Positions 1 to 14,900 are shown, numbered from the stretch's first letter. The stretch: DNA of 64,000 bases from Octopus sinensis (GCF_006345805.1 NC_043017.1:11594001-11658000); one strand, 5' to 3'. Numbers and translations: made by a program. Notes: a model not told the origin generated them from the sequence alone.

Positions 1-96
1 TTGAGGGCCAAGCTGATGTTAGTGTGATTTGAACACAGAACATAAAGAGTCAGAATATGTACTGCAGGGCATTTGGTCTAAGACACTGACCATTCT

Positions 97-386
97 AGTT
101 AGTTAGTTAGTTAATTTGGCTCAAAAGCAAATAGCAAGGCCATGTAGGGGGACATGGAGTTAAGTACAGGGTGGTGTTTATGTAAAGAGTTCAGGCCACT
201 TGAGGTCAAGGGAGGCTTTGAACAAAGTGGTCGTCGGCATCTTCACCATCTCGTCTGGCAGCTTGTTCCACGGATCCGCAACCCGGACGGAGAAAGCTCC
301 TCTCCTTCGATTGAGATGAAATCGTCGCAGGTAGAGCTTTTCGGAATGACCCCGCAGCCGACGCTCTGGAGCAGGAGTGAAGAACT
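97..386 (-). mobile_element. CR1-clade LINE 3' fragment, family 1
   Basis: Minus strand encodes ...[35 protein letters not shown]...; (TAAC)n tail; near-identical to 29783 and 41912 copies. Confidence 0.88.
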
Positions 387-613
387 AGGGGGTCAGTCGA
401 TGATGATGAGTGCAGTGGTGGTGGGGATGATGATCATGAAGCTGATAGTGACAATGATAATTATGATGATGATGATACTGAAGTTTATGACAATGATGAT
501 AATGATAATTATGGCTGAGATACAGCCAATGATTGACAATGGAGCATGTTAAAACAGAAAAAGAAACAAAAAGAGAAGACCAAAGCAGTTTGTGGACATT
601 CGAACTGACCAAC

Positions 614-770
614 CTTGAGAGTTTCCTCCAGCCGGTATCCATCGACATTCTTGATGAAGTTGTACACATTACTGGTATGGAACTGGCACTGGAGGTCAAT
701 GTAGAGTTCATAGATGATTGGTTCTATGGTGACTTGCTTGTCTGGGTTGACATGGTTTCCAACCGATTCC
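614..770 (-). CDS. VPS8: VPS8 exon 33 (ESVGNHV...YRLEETLK); last exon inside window
   Basis: YRLEET motif at the expected junction; tccag / gttggt. Confidence 0.93.
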
Positions 771-3700
771 CTGGAACAGTCAGACAAGAGAGAAATCATA
801 AAGTTGTTGCTATTATGCAAAAGTGTTGTAAGTCCAAAACGTTGCTTTTTCAGAAAATGAAAAAAAATAGTTTCACCATTCTGTTTCTTTTTACATTAGC
901 AACAGTTTCAGCCTAACAATAATACTTTGCTGGGTGCATAACATAACTCCATGCATGTAGGATATTTTCAGTCGGAAATATTTTTTGCAAAACTGTCGTG
1001 TGTGGGACTTACTACACTTTTGAAAAATGCTAAACCATTGTAGTACACTTAGAGAATTTTTGTTATCTTGGCATCTGAAGGAGCTGGAGATACGATAGTT
1101 TGACCAAAAGGACCGGCTATTGCAGGCAAAAATTAAATATTGACAAAAATGCATTTGGCCAAATTTGGACAAATGACTGTTTAACATCGTCGTCGTCGTC
1201 ATTATCATTATTATTATTAAGGTGGTGAGCTGGCAGTCTCATTAGCAAGCCAGGTAAAATGCTTAACGGCATTCCACCCATCTTTATGTTCTGAGTTCAA
1301 ATTCTGCCAAGGTTGACTTTGCCTTTCATCCTTTTGGAGTCAATAAATTAAGTAGCAGTGAATCCCTGGGGTCAGTGTGATCGATTTCTCCCCTCCCCCA
1401 AAATTTCAGGCCTTGTGTAGAAAGGATTATCATTATTATTGATAGAACGGTGAACAGGCAGAACCATTATCAGGCTGGGCAAAATGTTTAGTAGCATTTT
1501 ATCCATCTTTACATTCTGAAGTCATATTCCACCAAGGCTGATTGTGCCTTTTGTCCTCTTGGGACTGATGAAATAAGTACCAGTTACGCACTGGGGTTGA
1601 TGTGATCAACTAGTCTCCTCCTTCAAAATTTTAAGCTTGATGCCTTTAGTAGAGAGGATTATTATTATTATTATTATTATCAGTAGTAGTAGTAGTAGTA
1701 ATAGTAGTTGTTATTTATCCCCCAGGCCAGCTCTAGCTGAGTGGCATTATCTGTCACATTATATACACACTACAATTATATTTACATTATAAACACATTG
1801 CAATTGCTACCACATATACACACTGTATTATTATAACATTATACACACACCTCAGTAACTGTCACATTATGTACACAGTACAATAACCATCACAAATATA
1901 TATATACACCACAATATCTGAGCTACTTTACCATGGTTACAAAAAAATGATTGGAAACTAAATACTCACTTGTATGAAAGTACTCCTTGTAAAAAATCAT
2001 AGAGTATTCTTGGTTTGTTCCTCAGTTGTTCCACCACATCACTGAGATTACAAGACAAACTGAAGATGACTACTTTGGCTGCTTTCTTACAGTCTATGTT
2101 CACTAAATCCTGGAAAAGAAAGCATCATCATCACTTTTATATAGAGGACCCCTCTACTTTCACTCCTGAGACCAAAGAGAGTCAGAGGGTGAAAAATAAT
2201 CTGGTTCAATCCTCCCTACATCTTAGAAGTTTCCACTAACATACCTAGAAGCTTCCTGAAACTAATTAAAAAGTATTTATCTAGAACTCACAGATATAAA
2301 CTCTTCAATCCCCACAATGACAAGGTCAGTTACTCCTGTTCAGATAACACCACTTAACATCACATCCTACAACAAGCACAAATACACACATATACACAGT
2401 CTCCAACCAACATCCAACCTGTAACTTCTGAAATCATATCAACTGCCTACTTGGATAATCCTGTCATACAAAGGCTGTGGTCTCTTGTTTTCTGTTTATG
2501 TATATATATAATATTTATACTCAGTTGACCTCAGCACAGTTTTTATTCACCAAATTTAACTCACAATTTTTTCTAAAGATTAATAAACAAATTCTCTCTA
2601 AAAAATATTAAGAAATGTAAATAATAATTTAGAAGAACTGGATTTAAAAAATATGAAAGAAGGAAAAAAGAAAATAAACAAACTTACAATTAAGTTCTCA
2701 AGAGCAGCAACTTTAACAGACTCTTTCTCAGCAGCACTATAGCCATCTCCATGAAGGATGCGGTTAATATAAGGAAATACCATATGCTGAGGAAGAGAAA
2801 ATGGTAAAAATAAACAAAGTGAAGTGAAAAAAAAAGTTAAATTACTGAAACACAAATGTAAGAATTTGGCACAAGTCATTCATAAAATCAAAAAACAGTG
2901 CAACACCCATGATTTTCAGGAATAGTTTTGAAGTTCAGAATTATTGACTGCAATTTCTGCCTTTCTTTGACTAAATGTTACCGTCTGTCCCTCTTTTTTT
3001 TACCTTTTTCTGAAGAATTGTAATGTACTGTATACAATCAGCTCCTTAATATTGGTATCTAGCCAAATCTCCCACAAATTTAATTTATCATCTTGAGAAA
3101 GGAGAAACATATTGAATAATGCAGTCTGCAATATTTTGATGGCAGATTTTAAATTCAAATTGTTTTAAAGCAAGAGATTTCCATCACAGAACCAGGGGTG
3201 GCTTCAGGCAGGTTGGTGTCAAAGGAGTAGAGTCCACTCTGCCACAAGCACTTGGACTAAATCTCCTGGAAGAAGATAATTTAATATAAAAATATGTTAT
3301 GTCATTGCAGGAACTGTTGTGTTGGGGGTTCCTCCACACATCCCCTGCACTATTACACACAGTCAGTGGTGTTGTAGGGAATCACTGATACTCTCCTTCT
3401 TTTGATTAAGTATTATTGAGGTTTCAACACAAAAAGGAAAATGAAGTTGAAAAGATAACCCAAGAGACTACAAGTTCCTGTATTCAACAGGAAATTTCAG
3501 AGAAAGTCCTACTGTTGCCCTAAAATAAAGCAATCATTTACAGCTAAAAAATGCCAGATATTTTTAGTAGCAATCCAGGTTTCATCTCTTACCCGCCTGG
3601 TGTAGTCTTTTAAGTGACAAACAAGAATTTTGTCGTAATGGTGGTTCTTCTCATAGACAAACTCACAAACTCGGTAACTGGAATTGAAAAGAAAAAGAAA

Positions 3701-4044
3701 AATTTTTTAAAATCGTTAATGGTAAGATTTTCATTAAGCATGAAAAAATAAAATACAAAATAAAAACTAGAGTAGGCACATGTTTAGTAAATAGACATGA
3801 AATGCAATATTTGCAGATGTTTGATAAGTAAAAAGCTACAAATAATGGTTCATTTATGTGTTAATGCAGTGAGGAGGAAGGGAGGAGAGCTTAATGCAAA
3901 CATAATGTGGCAACAACTCTCTTCTCTCTAATCCTTAATGTGTGTGTGTTTATAGACAGATATACACACACATATGTGAATATAAATATACATCCACATA
4001 AATAAATATAAGTACATTCTTATGTATACATGTATATAAATATG

Positions 4045-4089
<45 letters not shown>

Positions 4090-5898
4090 CATCATCATCA
4101 TCAGTGTTTAACGTCCGTTTTCCATGCTGGCATGGGTCGGATGGCTTGACTGAAGTCTGGAAAGTCAGCAGCTGGACCAAGCTCCAATCTGATCTGGCAA
4201 TGTTTCTACAGCTGGATGCCTTTCTTAATGCCAACCACTCTGAGAGTGTAACGGGTACTTTTTATGCGCCACTGGCACCGTCGCTAGTCAGGTCTCTTTG
4301 GCGTTGATCATGTTTGGATTCTGCTTTATATGAGCCACCAGCACGGGAGCCAGTTAGGGGGCACTGGCCAAAGATACAATTTTGACTTTACTTGACTCAA
4401 CAGGTCTTCTCAAGCATATCATATCGCCTGATGCATCAAGGGTACCTTTAAATGGGCCAGAAGTCAAACACTGGCATCGGCCATGGCTGCGATCTCACTT
4501 TAGTTGCCAGGTCTTCTTAATCACAGTATATTTCCAAAGGTATCAGTCTCCTGTCATTGCCTCTGTGAGGCCCACATTCACACATATATATATAATATAA
4601 ATGAAAAATGGATTAAATACAACAAAACGTACATGTAGGACAGACACTAACTAGAACATTAATACTTCACCAGTTATCGACTGAAAAATCCTAATACCTA
4701 GTTTCATGCCTTTAACGATAAAGGCATGAAACTAGGTATTAGGATTTTTCAGTCGATAACTGGTGAAGTATTAATGTTCTAGTTAGTGTCTGTCCTACAT
4801 GTACGTTTTGTTGTATTTAATCCATTTTTCATTTGTGGAATGACTGAACGCTAGCCCCCGCTGCCACCACCACCGCCGCCGCCGCCACCACCACCATCAA
4901 GAACAACAACAACAACTCTGAAATTCAAGGAAATTTTTTTAGTTTTGTTTTTGTAGCGCAAACAACTTACAATTTGGCATTTTCAGCAAGTTGCAAAAGA
5001 CGTTGGTCGCTAAATATGCTCAAGCCGCCAACCATTAGTAACTCCATCATGGCCTGTTGTCTCTCTTCGTGACGTGTCGCCTCGTCTGGGTTCGACAGGA
5101 ACTCTAGAACTTGCTCAAATAGGACACGGTTCACTAGGATGGTGTTTTCGTGTCTTGCCATCTGTCGTGCGAGGAATGTGAACAGCGTTCCAATTTGACT
5201 GGGCTGCAATGAATGAACGAAAGAACAAAAGGATGAATGAATGAAAGCATGAACGAATGGGTGGGGGTTTGGATGGATGGGTGGGTGGTGGGAGACAGAA
5301 AATGAATGGAAAAATACAAAATGAATTAACTCTTTTATTACCTATTTCTTTACTACTCACAAGGGGTTAAACACAGAGGGGACAAACAAGGACAGGCACA
5401 CGGATTAAGTCGATTACATCGACCCCAGTGCATAACTGGTACTTAATTTATCGAGTCCGAAAGGATGAAAGGTAAAGTCGACCTCGGTGGAATTTAAACT
5501 CAGAACGTAACAGCAGACGAAATACCGCAGAGCATTTCGCCCGGCATGCTAACATTTCTGCCAGATTACTTTAACCCTTTTGTTACCCTATTTCTGGGAT
5601 ACACTGCCTTTGTTTCAATTAATTTTGAAAGTAACGAAGAATTTAACAAAATAACTTTGTTGTTATCAATCTGAAGGTTTGGAACATAAATTCATAAAGG
5701 ATTTTAATGGAAGGTTTTGATTTAGATCACTCTGGGGCAAGACATTCGCATCACAGAACTTAGGAGCAGTTTCAGATGAGTTGGTATGAAAAGGGTTAAT
5801 AAAGGGACCAGATGGCCAGACACACAGACAAATGACTAATTGATGAATGAATAAGCAAATGGGATTGAAGGGATGGACAGACAGGTAGATAGGTATCT

Positions 5899-5964
<66 letters not shown>

Positions 5965-6274
5965 TATATATACACATATATATATGTGGAGGCGCAATGG
6001 CCCAGTGGTTAGGGCAGCGGACTCGCGGTCGTAGGATCGCGGTTTCGATTCCCAGACCAGGCGTTGTGAGTGTTTATTGAGCGAAAACACCTAAAAGCTC
6101 CATGAGGCTCCGGCAGGTGGTGATCCCTGCTGTACTCTTCCACCACTCTTTCTTCTGTTGGCCTGCTCGCTTAGCCAGCGGGGTAGCATCATTCAAAGGC
6201 TAAAACAATGCGAACGCATTGTGACCAGCGATGTGTAACTACATCTGATGGACTGGTCAGTCACGTGATCACGT

Positions 6275-6321
<47 letters not shown>

Positions 6322-6989
6322 GGAGAGGAAAAATTATAATAAGGCCTCAATTTAAAAAAAAATTCTTTTCCCCTTCCAAATCTTGAAAAATTGCTTTGCA
6401 ATGAAAACCGGTTTGATTTATTATTTTTTGGTTTTTTAATTTTCCATACACCCATTTTTATTAAAATTTACTTTCAATTTAGATAAGATAATAATACAAA
6501 TACAGATTTTAAAAGTCACATATAAATTAATGAAATCCTAAAAATTACTTCTTACATCTGTTTCAGCCTATGGTCAAAAGTAAATCTAATTTTCATTGCC
6601 TATAGATGTCAACATACTAAGGCATTTAAAAAATATAATACTTATATATATATATATAACCGTGGAGACTGGCGACGTACCGTAAGAGAGGGAATACAAA
6701 GGAGTGACAGAGAGAGAGAGGAGAAATGGAAAGAAAAGAAAAGACGTCAACAAGAAACTATGGCATTACAACCAGCCTGGAACAGTCTTCGCTACATTTG
6801 CGGTACCTGCCAGAGGGAGTGTTTGTCCAGGATAGGACTACACAGCCACAGCAGGAAATGTATCAGGACATGAAATGTAAAAGCCGGACTAGATTATTTT
6901 ATGCGCAACTCCATTGTCTCCCAAGACAAAAAGGATGCCAACAATGTATATATATATATGAGTGTGTGTGTGTGCGCACACACATATAT

Positions 6990-7031
<42 letters not shown>

Positions 7032-10000
7032 GTAGGTAAACAGATGTAGAAACTAAATTACTAACAATAATAACGAATGACAATGAAGGCTCTGTTACTC
7101 ACATTGAATCCAACACTTTCAACCATCACCTGTAATAGGATGTCAATCACTCTCTGGCGTTTCTGGATCCTGCAACAAAAATATTCCAGAGTCTCTATCA
7201 GACGACAACATTGAGGCAATGAATGAGAGATTCCTCACTGGTGTAGAGGTTTCTTGACTTGCTTGAAATAGCAGTCAAAACTTTCTTTTAAATTACATTA
7301 CTACACTGTGTGTATGTGTGTGTATTGGGTTGGCCATAAAGTTTGTTTGCCTTTTTAAGGGAAAATAAGACAAGTGATTTATTCAATTAATAGTATAATT
7401 ACTGTTCAGTTTCAGTACCTTCTGCCAACTCATAAGCAAATCCATTATTCCCTGCTCAAAAAAGTTTCTGTTTTTACTGATAAAAAACTGTTCCAGATGA
7501 ATTTTGAACATCCTTTTCAGAGTTGAACGTCTGTCCAGGTGGAAATCTGAAGGCAGAAGGTTGGCTAAATATGAAGAGCATGGCAAAACTTCCCAGCTAA
7601 TCTCCAGTAACATCTGCCATGTCTGTAAAGAGGTGTGCAGTCTAGCATTGTCATGAAAGACAACTTGTGATTAGCAAGTGCTGGATATTTCTGGTGGATC
7701 ACTGCATTTAATTTGTCCAACTGGTCACTGTACACATCGGAATTGTGGGAAGAAGCTCATAAAAGAAGACACCCTTCCAACTGTTTACCAATTCTATCTC
7801 AGGGCCTCCCTCTTCCCACCAAGAATTTTGTAAAGACAAAATGAAAAAATAGAATGATCCAAATGTTTTAATAGTAAACGGTTCTTACCCTTCATCTGTA
7901 TTGAATTCCGGTTCTTCGAAAGCCTGTGTTAGAGAAACAGAGAAGAAAAGGGAGAAGTGAAGTTCCATAAATCAAAAGTAGACATTGTTAGCATTGTGCA
8001 GAGAAGAGAGAATACGGTAAATCATATGGTGAAGCAAGAATTATATAGACACACACAGACTTACCAATGCCAAGACATTGAGGAATTCTATTGTATCAAA
8101 CTGAAGAAGAGTTCTCAGGTGAGGATAAGCTGGTTCATCTGGAAAGAGAAGCAATTCATTCACATTTGAATAACCACTTTATATACATGTGTATATGTGT
8201 ACACACATTCACACTGTATATATATATATATATATATATCATCATTTAATATCTGTTTTCCATGCTCGCATGGGTTGGACGGTTTGACTGGAGACTGGCA
8301 AGCCAGAAGGCTGCACCAGGTTTCAATCTGGTCTGGCAATGTTTCTACAGCTGAATGCCCTTCCTAACACCAACCACTCTGATAGTGTAGTGGGTGCTTT
8401 TTACGTGCCACTGGCATGGGAACCAGTCAGACGGCACTGGCATTGGCCATGATTGGATGGTGCTTTTTATGTGCCACTGGCACAGAAGCCAGTCAGAGAG
8501 GGGGCGCTGGCATCGACCATGTTCGGATGGTGCTTTTTACATGCTACCAGCATGGAGAGCCAGTCAGGCAGCTCTGGCAATGACCCACACATGAATGAAT
8601 GGTGCTTATCAAGTACCACCAGCACTGGTAACAGCCACAACTACAATTTCTATTTGACTGTGATTTGATTTTGATTTTACTTGACTCAATAGGTCTCCTC
8701 AAGCACAGAATCTTGCCTGAGGATTCAAAAGTACTTTTTGAATGGGCTGGTTATGCTATGGCTGTGATCACAGTTTCCTTGTTGGGTCTTTTCAATCACA
8801 ACATATCTCTAGAGGTCTCGGTCTTTTGTCATTGCCTCTGTGAGGTCCAATGTTCAAAGGTCATGCTTCACCACCCATCCCATATCTTCCTGAGTCTCCC
8901 TCTTCCACGGGTTCCTTCCACTGTTAGGGAGTGACACTTCACACAGCTCTCCTCATCCATAGGCAGCACACGACCATACCAGCATAGTCGTCTCTCTTGC
9001 ACACCATGTCTGATGCTTCTTATGTCCAACATTTCTCTCAGGGTGCTTACACATCCAACAAATCGTACTAGCTTCATTTCTTTCAAGCCTACGCATGTCT
9101 TCAGCAGTCATGGTCCATGTTTCACTGCCATGTAGTATGCCAGTTCACACACATGCACCATACAGTCTACCTTTCACTCTGAGCGAGAGGCCCTTTGTCA
9201 CCAGCAGAGGTAGGAGCTTGCTGAACTTTGCCCAGGCTATTCTTATTCTAGTGGCAATGCTCTCCGAGCATCCACCCCTACTACAGACTTGGTCACCTAG
9301 GTAGCAGAAGCTATTCACTACTTCTAATTTCTCCCCTTGGCATGTGATGGAATCAGTTTTCTGAGCATCTGTGGTGTTTATTGCCCCTGTGCATCTGCTG
9401 CACACAAAAGCCATCTTCCCGGTTAACCTTCCTTTGATGTCACTGCACCTCTTATGCATCCATAGCTTACATTGGGTACACCTTATATTTGCATAACATA
9501 TTTACATTTTATATCATCTAAAGACATACACACAAGTTTACATAAAACATTTACATCATCTGAATAAACACACACACACACATGTATATATATAAAGACA
9601 CATACGGATGAAGGCCAACTATGCCTTAGATCTTTTTGAGGTTGATAAATCTATTTACCCTGGTCAAGTAATGGGCTTGAGGGTCTGGACTAAACCCTTC
9701 CTCATCAAAATACTGGTCTTGTTCCTAAATTGGAAACTAATAATAATAATAGTAATTTATTATTATTATATCCGATCGTGGCTGTTTGCCAGCCTCGTCT
9801 GGCACCTGTGCCGGTGGCACGTAAAAAGCACCCACTACACTCATGGAGTGGTTGGCATTAGGAAGGGCATCCAGTCGTAGAAACATTGCCAGATCAGACT
9901 GGAGCCTGGTGCAGCCTTTTGGCTCCCCAGACCCCAGTTGAACCGTCCAACCCATGCGAGCATGGAAAGCGGACGCTAAACGATGATGATGATGATGATT

Positions 10001-11922
10001 ATTATTATTATTATTATCATCATCATCAACATCATCAATGTGGTGAGCTGGTAGAACTGTTGGAATCTCAGACAAAATGCTTAGGGGCATTTCAATTGTC
10101 TTCACATTCTGAGTTCAAACCCTGCTGAGGTTGACTTTGTCTTTCACCCATTTGGGGTTGATAAAATAAATACCAGTTAAGCATCGTATTAGATGTAATT
10201 GACATACCCTCCACCCCTGCAATTGCAAGCCTTCTGCTAAAATGTGAAACCATTATTATTATCATTATTATTATTATTATTATTATTACATTCACATAGC
10301 TATTTACAAACTTATCCTCTCACCCTGTTCCCTCCCGCAAACTTTGTCACACAAAAAGACATTGGGTTAGATTTGATTGGGTATTTATTGTGTCAGTAAA
10401 ATTCAGGATGTCCTCAAGTGGTTGGAGAGGAAGTTTTTGCTTGTTTATTTCGTGCAGCTCAAATGATCCGCATTCAACACCACACTGGCCACTTATTGTC
10501 TTTTACTCTCTCCAATCTCGGCAACCACTGCACACACCTCTTAATTAAAGAATTTCCGAGTTCCCATGCAATTATTTTTGTTGGTTTCCTGCTCTTGAAG
10601 TTGACCACTCCTTGACATAGTAACCAACTTAGACAAAAATAGCAACAACAACAACACTGGAAAACAAAACAAAACAAGTCCCCCTAAAACAGCAAATCAA
10701 GTTGTTTATCAATCAGAGCTTCTGACATTCTTTCTGGTAGAAAGCCCTTTGGATCAAAGAAACTCTTTCACCATCTTTTCCACATGCAGTAAGAGACATT
10801 TGGCATTTTATTCATGAGCCCTTCAGATCAAATAAATATTTTCATGGCCCTTCACTCATGCTGTAAAGACATTTAGTATTACATTAATGACCCCTCTCAA
10901 TCAAATAATTTTTTCATGAGATTTTCCTTGAGCTATGAAGATATTTTGTGTTCCATCCATGACCCCTTTAGATCAAATATATGTTTTTGTGGCCCTTACT
11001 TCATACTGTAATTCTATTCATGATCCCTTCAGATCAGAGAAATTTTTTTTTCCTGACACTTCTTATGTACAATAAAGATATCCAGTATTCAATTTACAAC
11101 TCCCTTTGGATCAAATAATTTTTTGAAACCCTTCTTTCATGCTTTAAACACATCTAGCATCTGTTTGCAAACCCTTCAGATCAAACAAAGATTTTTGTAA
11201 CCTTTCCGTCATACTGTAAAAAAATTTGCATGTTAAAACAATAATGAGGATAACCAACCAACCAACCATCCATCCATTCATCCATCCATCCACATAAACA
11301 CACACATATAGTGAGAAACAGAAACAGATATATACATGTAAGATAGAAAGTGAAAGAGAACCTACTTTCTTTTGACTTGGTCCGGTGCAAACAGCTGACA
11401 CATTTGAAGACCTAAAAACATAAATTATAAAAGGAAGAAAGTGGTCTTCTTCATGTTTTTCTAATTCAATTTAATATTTATAGATGTGTGTCCGACTCAA
11501 AGCACGGAGAATGGACATTGAATGATGAGGATGTGTGTGTGTGTTTCACCATTGCCGTTATCATCATTTAATGTCTGCTTTCCATGCTGGCATGGGGGGT
11601 TGGACAGCTAGACTGGAACTGCTAAGTCGGAGCGCTGCACCAGGTTCCAGTCTGATTTGGCATGGTTCCTATGGCTGGATGCCCTTCCTAACGCCAACCA
11701 CTCCGAGAGTGTAGTGGGTGTTTTACGCGTCACTGGCACGGGGCCAGTCACGACTTGCTCGAATCTTTTACACATGCCACCAGCACAGGTGCCAGTAAGG
11801 TGACGCTGGCAACGATCACGCTTGAATGGTGTCTTTAACGTGCCACTGGCACAGAGGCCAGATAGCCGCTCTGGCAACGGTCATGCTCGGATGGTGTCCT
11901 GTTGCTAATTTTAATATCTCTT

Positions 11923-11980
<58 letters not shown>

Positions 11981-14900
11981 CGCAAATAGACAGATTTTGT
12001 TATTTATCTGAGCTAAATGTCCCTTTGTTTGACCAAAGTTCTGATCAAACCTTGGTTTGTTTGTGTATGACTGTGTGTTTAACAAAATATTTCTTTTTTT
12101 TTCTATGTTTGTGTGTGTGTGTGTTAAATAAGATGTCTTTACCTGTTCTTTGACTTCTGGGATAAATTCTTCTGGAATATCTCCGAGTGGATAACCACGA
12201 CCAGCTAAACAATAGCTAAAGGAATTTGAGAAAAAGAGGAAAAATATGAAAAAAAGTATCTAAATAAAATGAAATATATTTTGGTCACTTTCTTAATCTA
12301 TCTACTGAGACCAAAGGCACTTTTGAGGTATTTTTTGAGACAGTTTTGATTGTTACTGTTGTGTAAGCTTGGGTGAGTAATCTAAGGAAACTTGAGATGA
12401 AAGATGTCCTACACATGATCAACCCAGTTTTACACATACACACATACATATACTCTTTTACTTGTTTCAGTCATTTGACTGTGGCCATGCTGGAGCACCG
12501 CCTTTAATCGAGCAACTCGACCCCGGGACTTATTCTTTGTAAGCCCAGTACTTATTCTATCGGTCTCTTTCGCCGAACCGCTAAGTGACAGGGACATATA
12601 CACACCAGCATTGGTTGTCAAGCAATGCTAGGGGGACAAACACAGACACACAAACATACACGCGCACACACACACACATATATATATATATACATATATA
12701 CGACGGGCTTCTTTCAGTTTCCGTCTACCAAATCCACTCACAAGGCTTTGGTCGGCCCGAGGCTATAGTAGAAGACATTTGCCCAAGGTGCCACGCAGTG
12801 GGACTGAACCCGGAACCATGTGGTTGGTAAACAAGCTACTTACCACACAGCCACTCCTGTGCCTATATATATTAATATTTCGTTTAGGTGTAGTGATATC
12901 AATAATCTAGTGTTGGAGCTCTATATAGACCTGCTTCAGAAAAATGTGTTGGTTGAGTACAAAGCAGTAATAAGAAACTTAGATAAATGCCAAGGGAACA
13001 AGGAATTATGGAATCAACTTCATTAGCTTACAGCTGTTTCTGCTATAAGATATAAGAAGCAATGCACTCATAGTTGAGTGCTTGTGTATCACCTCTGATG
13101 AAGCCATCACAAGCACTCAACTAGGAGTGCATTGCTTCTTATAGCAGAAACAGCTAATTAGCTAATGAAGTTCACCACATAATTTTTTGTTCCCTTGGCA
13201 TTTATTTAATTTCTTACGAGAGAGAGAGAGAGAGAGAGATATTGATATAATTGGTAAGACAATGAAAGAATGAAAGAGACCTCACATATTACATTTACAG
13301 ATATATATATATATATATATATATTTATACATATACACACGTACACACACATATATATTTCAGACTACACTACTCTGGGTGACCTTCCATTTTTTAAGAT
13401 GATACAATGATGTTTGTAAACAATTTGGCTGTTTTTTCTAGTGTGTTAAGCAATCAAGCAAAGTCTTCTTTAGCCTGTTTCTTGTTACAGCATGAAGTGG
13501 ATCGGTGACAAAACTTCATCCTGGCTATGACATTAGTTCATCACATTTTAAATTCCCAGATTGATCTAGTTCCTATAAACAAATTTTCCTGGATTTACCT
13601 AGTATCTATTTCCAAGTGATTTGTCACTTATTCTCAGGTTATCCAACAGATATAATCTCAAATAATCTAGTATTCAGTCCTTTGCAATCAGGTGTGTCTT
13701 CTCAGATTTGAACACTCAAACTGAGCAGTGCTATTTCTGACTGCTATCCACTTGGCATATGAACTCTAGGATTACTAAATCTTTTGGCACAAACTCCCCC
13801 TTTTAAAGAGATCTAAATTGTAACTTTCCATCAAAATTTCTTGTTCATTGATCTTTCAAATACCAGCCGAATGATGACAAAGGAATTTTTCAAAATTCTT
13901 TGTTATTTTTTTAATGAATTAAAATAAAACAGAGTATTTCAAAGAAGAAAAAAAATATGGTAAAAAGTGGGTTAAAGAAAAAATTTTTTTTATATATTTC
14001 TAAATTTCAGAGATTGTTACTAGCATCGCATTACTGGCACCTGTGCCGTTGGCATGTGTAAAAAAATTCGAGTGAGGTCATTGCCAGTACCACCTGACTG
14101 GCCCAAAAAATTTGAGCGAGGTCGTTGCCAGTACTGTCTGACTGGCCCATGTGTAAAAATTTGAGCGAGGTCATTGCCAGTACTGGCTGACTGGCCTCCG
14201 TGCCGGTGGTACGTAAAAGCACCCACTACACTCTTGGAGTCGTTGGCGTTAGGAAGGGCATCCAGCTGTAGAAACTCTGCCAGATCAAGACTGGAGCTTG
14301 GTGCAGCCATCTGGTTTGCCAGCCCACAGTCAAACCATCTAACCCATGCTAGCATGGAAAATGGACGTTAAACGGCGATGATGATGATCAGAGGTATTAA
14401 TGAGACATTCTTACATGATTTGTAATCATGGAACCATGAGATTGCTTAGCAAACACTTTAAATACACAATCCTCTCTTCCTACAACCTCACTGCAAATGT
14501 CTCTAATCTAATTTTGGTCCGTCCAGTGGTGAGGATTCATCATCATCATCATCATTTAGCGTCCGTTTTCCATGCTAGCATGGGTTGGACAGTTTAACTG
14601 GGGTCTGTGAAGCCGGAAGGCTTCATCAGGCCCAGTCAGATTTGGCAGTGTTTCTACGGCTGGATGCCCTTCCTAACGCCAACCACTCTGCGAGTGTAGT
14701 GGGTGTTTTTTACGTGCCACCTGCACAGGTGCCAGACAGAGCTGGCACAACGGCCACGAACGGATGGTGCTTTTACGTGTCACCGGCACGGGGCCAGGCG
14801 ATGCTGGCAACGAACGATTATAAAACTGTTACTTACCTGATATAGACAAGAAGTTTATTTCCAAGTTTGATTTGATCATCTGTAAATAGAAGATGACAGA

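Noticed and set aside
154-552. 132-aa plus-strand ORF (similar ORFs at 29839 and 41977)
   Set aside because: Antisense read-through of CR1 fragments plus trinucleotide repeats.
533-916. 127-aa plus-strand ORF
   Set aside because: Antisense shadow of VPS8 exon 33 with no independent support.
5986-6060. tRNA-like A/B boxes (also at 31350, 39620 and 57398)
   Set aside because: No complete cloverleaf; they continue into SINE bodies with TSDs.
10418-10680. ORFs on both strands considered as the missing exon between 24 and 26
   Set aside because: No VPS8 similarity; exon 25 at 11366-11411 fills the gap exactly.
14020-14230. Regularly spaced repeats resembling a CRISPR array (also 17590-17800 and 44100-44260)
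   Set aside because: They are tandem units inside the RTE LINE 3'UTR; intervening sequences are not unique spacers, there are no cas genes and the context is eukaryotic.
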